64,000 bases of DNA, from positions 1-64,000 of the IMG/VR virus record IMGVR_UViG_3300012924_000001; one strand, given 5' to 3'. This document shows, one piece after another, positions 27,274 to 36,300 of this stretch. Position 1 is the stretch's first letter. The number at the start of each line of letters is the position of its first letter. The notes under the pieces are model-generated. The model had not been told where the DNA came from and searched no databases. It saw only the letters and a program-made list of their open reading frames with translations. Both the position numbers and the translations under genes were made by a program. The stretch is from a virus.

Positions 27274-30200
27274 TGAATGAGGTAAAAATATTTACAGGAG
27301 GCGGTCTCAATTATGATACTGAACTGCATTTGCTGCCAAATGGGGATTGGATAGATGCTTTAAATAGTCGTATGGCTGCCTCTGATGAGCGACAGGAGGG
27401 CGCTGACTCTAATATCGAAGGAAATGTAAGAATAGGCAATTACAATTATCCTGATGGAGATAATAAATGCATTGGTGCGTTTGCCGATGAGTTTAGAAAT
27501 GTGATCTATGCTTTTATCTCTAACTCATTTCAAAGTGATGAGATTGTTGAGATCAATCCTGAAACGGGTATAATTACGCCTGTTTTTAGAAATCTTGTTT
27601 GGACGAATGCAGCAGATGTAACACAGTTTGAACCCTGGATCAAGATACCAAGTATTGATGTTATTCATCGAACGGATGAGGAAGGGGATCTTATGTTTTG
27701 GACTGAAGGGAATACTCGCCCCAGAAAGATAAACATAAAGAGAGCCAAGGCCTTTGGTTCTCCGGATGGATATCCCTCTCCTATTGTCATGGCTTATACG
27801 CTTGTAGCCAAAGCACCTCCTCCTTCCCCTTCAATACTTGGGGGATACGCCAGTGATTTTAATCGTACAGTAAATAATTTACGTGGAAGATTATTTCAGT
27901 TTCAGATACGGTACGTTTATGATGATTTTGAGAAATCTACTTGGAGCGGTTGGGCTGATTTCGATATTCCCCCCCGTCCATTTGCTCCGGACCGTGATAG
28001 TGATCCGGCGGTTAATAATGAAATATTTGTAGCTGTTTTCACAGGAGGCCCACAAGTCAAAAAGATAGAGGTGGCATTCAGACAAAATATCGGTTCTGTA
28101 TGGGGAGATGCTTATCTGTTTGAAACTATGGACAAGGTGGCTCAAGATATAGATGACAATGTTGTCTACGCACTTCCTTTCTATAATGACACAATAGGCG
28201 TTTTACAGCCCCCCGAGAAGGTGAATCAGGTATGGGATTTTGTTCCAACGAAAGCAGGAAGCCAAGCGCTTGTAAATGGGAATACGCTTGTTTATGGGGA
28301 CGTTACAGAGGGCTTACAGTTCACTGGTCCGCTAACTGTTACGATTGATGTCCTGATGAATTTGTTAGTCCAAGACTTTGGCAATGACTTTTTATTTTGG
28401 AAACTAAATGGGAAGTATCGATTGGGACTCGTTTACTTTGATGAGTTTAAACGGACTGATGGGGTGCATACATATACAACTGGCCAAGGAGATAACAATG
28501 ATTTTGAAGTAACCATCCCTGCCTATGATGATGATAATGCCACAGATAATTACAGTATTTACGCGGCAACGTTAAATGCTGCTATATATCATATACCCCC
28601 TATTTGGGCCAGAACCTTTAAATGGGTTAGAACGCCGTGCTTAACCTATACGCGCTTCTTTTACTATATCATGCACCTCATCAAGACGGATGATTTAGAG
28701 AATATGTATTTTGAAATAAATCCATTCGTCAATTCTGTAGCGCTTAACGGACAAAATGTTATATCATACAGTACGTTCACGCCAGGGGATCGTTGTCGGA
28801 TAGTACGCAAGATGGATACAAAGGTGCCTCCGGATACCTTTCCTGGCTTCATAGTAAATGTAGACCTGCCCATACAGAATCTCGTAACAGATCCAACAAT
28901 AGTAAATACCGACTATATAGGCACATATTTAGTGGTAAAGCGTAATAGCACTGTTGATGACTATGGTCCGGCTCTTTTTTTACTTGAGATATACAATACG
29001 CTCAAGACGGGCAATACTTCAGAATTCTTTTATGAGTTTGACAGAGAATATCCTATATTAAGTCCAGGCGATGTCAATAACATGCGTCATGGTGGAATGA
29101 TTCAAAATCAATCACGTCCTTCCAACACTCCTGCTACGTTTGCTTTTGACAAAGGAGACGTGTATGTTAGAGAGCGTGATAAGATGGAATATAAAAGTCC
29201 CGATTCAGCAGATCATTGGAATCTTATAAATATTCCTATTGAAGATCCTAATTTTTCTGACAAGTATCCGAGTGCTGTTAATGGGAATGGAAGAGGTTAC
29301 ATCGTTGATGATAATCAAAAAGAACAGCGATTACCATCATTTATCAGGTTTGGTGGAGCATATATACAAGACACTTTTATAAATGAAACTAATAATTTCC
29401 CGGCTGGAAGTTTTGTAGATAATTGTGATAGATCATTTGGCACTATTAAAAGGATGACAGTTAGAGACCGCCAACTTAGAATCTTTCAGGAGATGAAGTG
29501 TGGATGGATACCTATCTCACAAAATGTGCTTCAAACCACAACCGGAAACCAGATCGTTTCACAAAGCGAACAGTTACTTAATAACATACAATATTATGAA
29601 GGCGATTTTGGAATAGGCAACGCACCGTGTTCTTTGGCAACTAAAAATTTTGCTGATTACTTTCATGATACTAATCGGGGGGCGATATTAAGACTGTCCA
29701 GGGATGGGTTGACTCCTATATCTATTACGACCAGAATGAACAGGTTTGCGATTATAGAAGATTTAAAATATAAGAATACAGTTTATTTGGGGGAATATCC
29801 GGTCAACGCAAGTGACATTCCGGGACGTGCTCAGATATATGGTGTATTTGATACAAAAAACAATGAGTACGTATCCGCTTATGAAGAGATTGCTTCCTAT
29901 GAATTGGTCGTAGACCCTCCAGGAATTATAAGAACAGTTGTTAGTCCGGCAAAAACACTCGCATGGGATGAGGTGCGTAATAGATTTGTTTCATTCTATT
30001 CTTATGATCCGGAGTGGATGATATCATTGAAGAATGACCTTATAACCTTTAAGCAAGGTATACCATATATTCATAACGACAAAGAGAATAGAAGTACTTT
30101 TTATGGTATTAACTATGATTGGTATATAGAGCTTGTGTTCAATGATAAGTTTACACTGAAGAAGACTTTTGAGGCTATTGATATTATCTCGAACATAGCT

Positions 30201-30473
30201 CTTGAATGCCCGTCAATAATAACATCATTAACGGAGCCGGATAACATTACCCTTCAGGAATCTAATTTAATAACTTCAGATTTTCAGCAGCTGGAAGGCC
30301 ATTTTCATGCTGTGTTTCAGCGAGACATTAATAGTCCCGGTGGAATTATAAATGGTGATGTGCTGAAGGGGAGTTATATCAGAATACAAATACGGTCTGC
30401 CAATACGCAAGAATTAGTTTCTTTGCGATCCGCAGCGGTACGATATATAAGTAGTCAACTCGATAACCAGTAA
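27273..30473 (+). CDS. tail stabilisation (muzzle/nozzle) protein
   Basis: GGLNYD..DALN, FWTEG..PRKIN, FQIRYVYDD..S, GNTLVYG, GLVYFDE motifs; 1066 aa. Confidence 0.8.
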   Translation: MNEVKIFTGGGLNYDTELHLLPNGDWIDALNSRMAASDERQEGADSNIEGNVRIGNYNYPDGDNKCIGAFADEFRNVIYAFISNSFQSDEIVEINPETGIITPVFRNLVWTNAADVTQFEPWIKIPSIDVIHRTDEEGDLMFWTEGNTRPRKINIKRAKAFGSPDGYPSPIVMAYTLVAKAPPPSPSILGGYASDFNRTVNNLRGRLFQFQIRYVYDDFEKSTWSGWADFDIPPRPFAPDRDSDPAVNNEIFVAVFTGGPQVKKIEVAFRQNIGSVWGDAYLFETMDKVAQDIDDNVVYALPFYNDTIGVLQPPEKVNQVWDFVPTKAGSQALVNGNTLVYGDVTEGLQFTGPLTVTIDVLMNLLVQDFGNDFLFWKLNGKYRLGLVYFDEFKRTDGVHTYTTGQGDNNDFEVTIPAYDDDNATDNYSIYAATLNAAIYHIPPIWARTFKWVRTPCLTYTRFFYYIMHLIKTDDLENMYFEINPFVNSVALNGQNVISYSTFTPGDRCRIVRKMDTKVPPDTFPGFIVNVDLPIQNLVTDPTIVNTDYIGTYLVVKRNSTVDDYGPALFLLEIYNTLKTGNTSEFFYEFDREYPILSPGDVNNMRHGGMIQNQSRPSNTPATFAFDKGDVYVRERDKMEYKSPDSADHWNLINIPIEDPNFSDKYPSAVNGNGRGYIVDDNQKEQRLPSFIRFGGAYIQDTFINETNNFPAGSFVDNCDRSFGTIKRMTVRDRQLRIFQEMKCGWIPISQNVLQTTTGNQIVSQSEQLLNNIQYYEGDFGIGNAPCSLATKNFADYFHDTNRGAILRLSRDGLTPISITTRMNRFAIIEDLKYKNTVYLGEYPVNASDIPGRAQIYGVFDTKNNEYVSAYEEIASYELVVDPPGIIRTVVSPAKTLAWDEVRNRFVSFYSYDPEWMISLKNDLITFKQGIPYIHNDKENRSTFYGINYDWYIELVFNDKFTLKKTFEAIDIISNIALECPSIITSLTEPDNITLQESNLITSDFQQLEGHFHAVFQRDINSPGGIINGDVLKGSYIRIQIRSANTQELVSLRSAAVRYISSQLDNQ

Positions 30474-30477
30474 AGAC

Positions 30478-31191
30478 ATGATACTCTTTTTCATTTATTT
30501 AGTATTTATCATAATACTTTCTGTGCATTATTCTTTAAATAAGAAAGAATATGAAGGAAGGCTTATGTTCTTACCTGCTCTTATTCCATTAATAATTACG
30601 GCCGGAAGTGCCATATATCAAGGGATCAAAGGGGCGAAACAGAAGAAGGAGGCCCGTAAGATGCAAGAGAAGGCAGACCAAATGGACGCTTCAAATCTTG
30701 CAGAGTCGCGGCGTATTGCTTTATCGGGACTTCCTACAGAAGAATATCAACAGGCATTACAACAGATCTACCGTAATCAGGCGGTCTCACTTTCTGCGCT
30801 CCGTGATAGACGTATGGCATTAGCAGGGGCAACAAACGTACAGCAGGCGACAAATGATGCTTTGCAAGGCTTAGCCTCTCAAGATGCAAAAATGCGTTTA
30901 CAGAATCAGTACAATGCATTGGGACAGGGTAATAGAGCGGCGGCGATACAGGGAGATCGTGCCGCTCAGGAGAGGTACAGTGGTGAAGCTTTAACTGGCG
31001 CTGCCATGCAGAACGCCTTTAATGCTGCCGGATCAGCTGCTTCATTAATGGGTAGTGGAGATAATAACTCTTCAGGAGGAGGATTGTTTGGCAACTCAAA
31101 AGGATTTGGCGGCTTCAAACCATTGGATAGTTCTTTATATGGAAAGGGTGGCTATAAGGGGGGATTGGGCAAGTATTCAAAAGCTTTTTAA
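30478..31191 (+). CDS. internal virion/ejection (pilot-like) protein; start may be 30565
   Basis: Hydrophobic N-terminus, A/Q-rich coil, Gly-rich tail. Confidence 0.65.
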   Translation: MILFFIYLVFIIILSVHYSLNKKEYEGRLMFLPALIPLIITAGSAIYQGIKGAKQKKEARKMQEKADQMDASNLAESRRIALSGLPTEEYQQALQQIYRNQAVSLSALRDRRMALAGATNVQQATNDALQGLASQDAKMRLQNQYNALGQGNRAAAIQGDRAAQERYSGEALTGAAMQNAFNAAGSAASLMGSGDNNSSGGGLFGNSKGFGGFKPLDSSLYGKGGYKGGLGKYSKAF

Positions 31192-31194
31192 AAA

Positions 31195-31902
31195 ATGCCA
31201 GATAACGAAAAAATCAAGAAAACCGCTGCTCAGGATCAGTCAATAAAAGACTGGATGAGTTCCTATGTTGGATCGCCCAAGTATAAGGAACGCCTTTCTA
31301 ATTTTTATAAGTACCCTGATTATATTAAAAATCAACGCGCAAAAATAATAAGCGGTCTCACGATAAAAGATGATACCAAAGGAGATTCGGGATATGATGA
31401 TAACTTGAATCAAATAAAAATAAATCCCAATGAAATAAAGGGATTAGGGTCTACGAGAGAAGAGGCTTTGGTGCATGAAGCGGGTCATAGTTTAAACGTA
31501 AACGAGAAGAACAAAGCAGCTTTTTTAAATACACCAGAGCGGCGATTTATTATTCAACGTAACAAGGCGTTAATACCAGAATTAAAAGAAAGTGTATTGG
31601 AGTCCTCTTCTAATCCGGATGCTGCATCAAGATTAAGTAATAGCGTTATGCATGACGTAGCTCCTGCCGAAAACAAAAGCGATATCGATGCTTTCCGTTT
31701 CCTATTGAAACAACGTAATATCTATGATGCCGGAACACAAAATATCACTCCTGAGATACTGGAGAAAGCAAAGAAAGATCCTGTACTAAGGAGATCTTTT
31801 ATATTTAAACGTTTAAAAGAATCTTTTAATGATGATAGCCTGATGGATATTATGAACAAAGTGGCTAAGAATAAAAGTAAAAAACAATCAAATACTGCAT
31901 AA
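31195..31902 (+). CDS. zincin-like metallopeptidase
   Basis: LVHEAGH plus downstream PAENKSD third-ligand motif. Confidence 0.65.
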   Translation: MPDNEKIKKTAAQDQSIKDWMSSYVGSPKYKERLSNFYKYPDYIKNQRAKIISGLTIKDDTKGDSGYDDNLNQIKINPNEIKGLGSTREEALVHEAGHSLNVNEKNKAAFLNTPERRFIIQRNKALIPELKESVLESSSNPDAASRLSNSVMHDVAPAENKSDIDAFRFLLKQRNIYDAGTQNITPEILEKAKKDPVLRRSFIFKRLKESFNDDSLMDIMNKVAKNKSKKQSNTA

Positions 31903-33342
31903 ATGGCGAAGGGGAATTACGGTAATCCGGAAGCAGTTGTTTTAAATCCGCAGGCATACACTAACTTTTTCTTGAAGCAACAGCAACAGAAAAAGTTAGA
32001 GAGGCAGGCATTGGACAAACAAGTCAGCGATGATATAGCAAAGTTATCTCCGGACGGTATCCGTCAACCGGACGTAGAACCTTTTTTAAAACAATACCAA
32101 TACTTAAAGAATTTATCTATACAATACAAGGATGCCATCCGCAATCCTAATAAGAATCCACAAGTATGGCAAGAGTACCAGAATTCTAAGGCAAAGCTAA
32201 TGGGTCTCATTGCCGAGTCAAAAGCTGCCAAGGAGAATAAGAAAGCTCTTATTGACTTCTATGGCAAGAATGTAGATAGGGTTGACACTGATAAGTTTAG
32301 GCAATCATTAGCGGATTACGATGCTCCAATTGGTTCACCTGAATATGAAAAGATGAAAAGCTTTGATCCTACGGACGTGTTGCTCAAAGCGCCTAAGACG
32401 GATCTTAATAAGCTGTTTCAACCACTCAATCAATTAAAGCCAGAGGAGAACCAGGAGGAAATAAAGTTACCTAGTGGAGAAACAAGAAAGATAAGGACAA
32501 AGCAAGTTAATCCGGGACTTGTGGCAAATCATATGGGGCTTCTCTATGACTCTGATCAATTAAATGCTAAGAGTTTCTTCGATAATGAGTTCAACAATAC
32601 TTCTGAAGATCGTATCTCCAAACTGGAGGATTATGCGCAGAAGAATTATGATCCTGATTTTGTGATAAAGGATGCCAGGGATTTGGCCATTGCTAGTGGA
32701 TTGTATGGCCGCGTGAATAAAAATGTGATTAGTGATTTAACAGGATCTGATATAAGCCGAAGGGAAGCATTCCAGCAGCGTATGCAGAACCAGCGCCTTG
32801 ATCGTGCTGATCTTCGAGCAGAACGTACTGCTGCCCGTAAGGATGCTAAGGATAGTTATATCTGGGAGAATGATATAGCCAATGCTATGCAGAACGGTGA
32901 TACTGAAAACGTAAGAAGATTGGCTTCCAGATTAGATACTTCTACCCCAGGCGTGGAAAAGGTTTTTCTGAAAGAAGGACAAACCACCCAAGGTGCCATG
33001 AAAACATTTATGCGTGAGCTTAGGGAACGGGGATTAGATGGTAAAACTAAAAACTTGAAGCCAGCAGATTTTAAGGCGGGTGTGTTAGTCGTTGCTGTAC
33101 CCAAAACGGATAAAGAGGGGAAAAGAATAAAGAATAAAAATGGATTGGACGAATTTGAGTACTTAGCAGTTTCGTCACGAGATCAATATATACAAAGCAG
33201 GTTGAATAAGTTAAAATCTTATGCAGCTGGGACATCCCTTAAAGGACTTCCAGATAAAGCCTTCAAACAGCAGGAAGCTGTTGTCCCAACCTTTGAAGAG
33301 GATGGTTATGAGCTTGATCCAACAAATGAAGAAGAACAATAA
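31903..33342 (+). CDS. putative internal virion protein
   Basis: Helical, Q/K-rich; position. Confidence 0.65.
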   Translation: MAKGNYGNPEAVVLNPQAYTNFFLKQQQQKKLERQALDKQVSDDIAKLSPDGIRQPDVEPFLKQYQYLKNLSIQYKDAIRNPNKNPQVWQEYQNSKAKLMGLIAESKAAKENKKALIDFYGKNVDRVDTDKFRQSLADYDAPIGSPEYEKMKSFDPTDVLLKAPKTDLNKLFQPLNQLKPEENQEEIKLPSGETRKIRTKQVNPGLVANHMGLLYDSDQLNAKSFFDNEFNNTSEDRISKLEDYAQKNYDPDFVIKDARDLAIASGLYGRVNKNVISDLTGSDISRREAFQQRMQNQRLDRADLRAERTAARKDAKDSYIWENDIANAMQNGDTENVRRLASRLDTSTPGVEKVFLKEGQTTQGAMKTFMRELRERGLDGKTKNLKPADFKAGVLVVAVPKTDKEGKRIKNKNGLDEFEYLAVSSRDQYIQSRLNKLKSYAAGTSLKGLPDKAFKQQEAVVPTFEEDGYELDPTNEEEQ

Positions 33343-36300
33343 TGCCCGATAAAAAATACATACAGAAGGTTTATGATTTTATGAATACTGCCTATGGTGA
33401 AAAGGGGGCAGTAACAAAAGGTGTTTTCCGGGGATCTTTTAATGATTTCTATGACAGAATAAATACTGATTCCAAGTACGCCGATAAAATATACGGTGCG
33501 CTTTCAAAAGCTTATGGACCAATGGGGTCTTTGAAGAGAGATGCATTCTCTTCTGATATTACAGGATTTCGAGAGAGGGTATTAGCGCCATCAGGGACAC
33601 AACCAACTACTAGGGATATTCCTACGGGTCTTCCTGAAGAAAACCCCGTACAGGCAGTTTTACAAACGGGCAAAGATCTTTCTATTCCTGAGCAACAACG
33701 TCCTGGTTACTTCCAGGATATCAAAGCTTTTGAGCCGGATATCCAAGCAACTGAACTTGTAAAACAAGCACAATCAGAGCAGGCTTCCCGGAACGCAGAA
33801 AAGTATTTATTGCAAGATCAGTCCGTTGTTCCTATAAACATGGCCGGGCAGCTGAATGGAGAGCAAACACGTACTTTAATAGATAAAAACCTGAACGATC
33901 CTAATGTTCAGTATCGCAATAATATTAAACAGGTCTTAGAAAAAGTTGATGAGGAAGATAAGAACAGACTTGCTAATCAGCAGGTAGCTGATGAGATGTA
34001 TAAAACTCCACAGGGTAAGTTCTATTATGATTTTGTTCGCCCTGTCTATAAAGAAGCGCTTAATGTAGGCAAGAATACAGCGGCCTTTGGTGCCAGGGCC
34101 GTGGGTGCTGACAAGGTAGCCGATAAGATAATCGATTATTTTGACTTCGATAGATTGGCGCGGGAAGGTAATCCCACAGCAGCCCTGAATATGGAGCCTT
34201 CTAAGCAACAGGGAAAACTAGGCATGAACAACATCCTTCCAAGAACCATGGAGGGCCTGACTAATATGGCGGCCCTTATGGGTGGTTCGTCATTATTAGG
34301 AGGGGGAAACGCTGCGCTTATGGCTACTTCCTTTGTAAGCCAGTACGAAGACTACAGAAAAACGGCGAAACAAAACGGGCTGAGTGATGCGGACGCTGAC
34401 AAGTTTGCTACAGTGAGCGCCGGTCTTAATTCAGCGCTTGAATTAGTGTCTCCTAATAAGGTCATTACAAAAGAGCTGCCGCAGGCGCTTACTAAAAAGG
34501 AGATATTCAATTACATTAAAAATGGAGCAAGTGCAAAGGATGCGATAAAAAAGTTCATTGTCCGCAGCGGAGATGAGGTATTAAAAGAGAATATGCAGGA
34601 GTTCGCTCAGAACATGGGAGACAAGACCGCGAAGTATGCTTTTGATAAGTATGTCTTAGATGATCCCCGCTTTGGCGAAGAGACAATATTGCCTTCTTTA
34701 CAGGAGTCTTTAGAAACAGCGGTTATTACTACGCTGGTTACGGGCCTTATGTCCTCTCCGCATCTGGTAGCACGCAATAAGCCTTCCAGTCTTGAACGTA
34801 GCGCCTGGGCTGCCGCAGCACAGAATCCTGGAATCATAGAAGGGGGTTTAAAGAATGCAGTGGCACAAGGGCAATTAACAGAAGCGAAGGCAGACCAGAT
34901 TAAACAGAATGTAGGGGAATACACAGAGATATATGACGCTCTTTCTGCTAAGGGATATAATCCTGAGATGGTGGAGAGAGTTGCTATGAACGCCTTTAGA
35001 GCTAAAAAACTGGATGAACATAATAAACCTTTGTCTGGAATTGAAATTCTGACGCCTATCACAGCACAGGATGATGCTACAAAGATTGATCTTGAGAAAG
35101 GAGTTTTATCCGCTATAGCTGGGGAATCAGAAACGGATTATGATACAGAACCTGAAAGTAAAAAAGTTACAGTTCAGCAGCCTGAAGAGGTATCACACCC
35201 GCAAGTTATTGCTGTTGGGCAAAAAATTACTGAACCATCTCAACCTGAACAAAATGCCATTCAAGAGCAAACAGCAAGAAAAAGCGTGCTACGCGAAGAA
35301 AGACCCGAACTGGGATTGCAAGAAGTGGGCGAAGGAAACGCCGAGTCCCAAATCCCTCCCACAGAAAGTGAAACAGAGCAGCCCAAAGTCCAAGAAGAAG
35401 TAAAAGTAAAATCAGGAACTAAGGAAAGCCGGGATCAGGCGGTTGCCAACTTAAAAAATAAGTTTGATCCTTATAAACACGTTGGTATTATAAGCGATCC
35501 TAAGCAGAACCTGAAACGAGATAAAGAATTTTATTCTGCTTTGGCAAATTACATTAAAGAAGAAATTCTGTATCGTGCAAATCAAGTGAAGGGCTTTGCC
35601 AATGAAAAGAAGGCAAAAATTAAAAGAATGATCACTTCTTCTCTTAAAGAAGAAGGAATGACCATTCAGGATCTTTCTATGCTGAATGATGCATTTGATG
35701 ATGCCTTTTCTCAGATAAAGAAAATACCTGGCGTATTACCAGAGCAGCCGAACGATAGGATTTCATTTAAGGATTATGTGCGTGATAGGATAAAGGTTAG
35801 AGAGGCAGGTTTTAAGGAAGGGAGTAAGGGGCCAACAGGACGGATAAAGGCGGTAAGGGCTGTCATTGGTGATATGTTGAAGGGGAAGCAAATTAATTTA
35901 AACATTACGCAATTACGTTCAATAACTTCTCTTTTACAAAAAGCGGTTGGCACAAAAGATAAGATTGAGAATACTGAGCGTACTGTAAAGACAATAACCA
36001 ATATTCTTTGGCAGGCACGTAATAAGCAAAAGATATCAAGAACAAAGGGACTCATGAGGTCTCTGGGAAAGCTGAAACGGTCTAAGTCAATGGTCGCTCA
36101 GGATATAGATTGGATCAAAGGCCTGCAACTTCCTTCCCCTTCAAAGGTGGACGACCTGGATTCCTATATGGATATGCTGAAGGATTTTATTGACTCCAGA
36201 AAAGGGAACGAGCTAAATCAAAAATATACTAAAGAAGAAATCTCTGAGTTTGTAGATCAGGAAAATGACCGGATATATACAGAGCGTAAAGAGTCAATGC

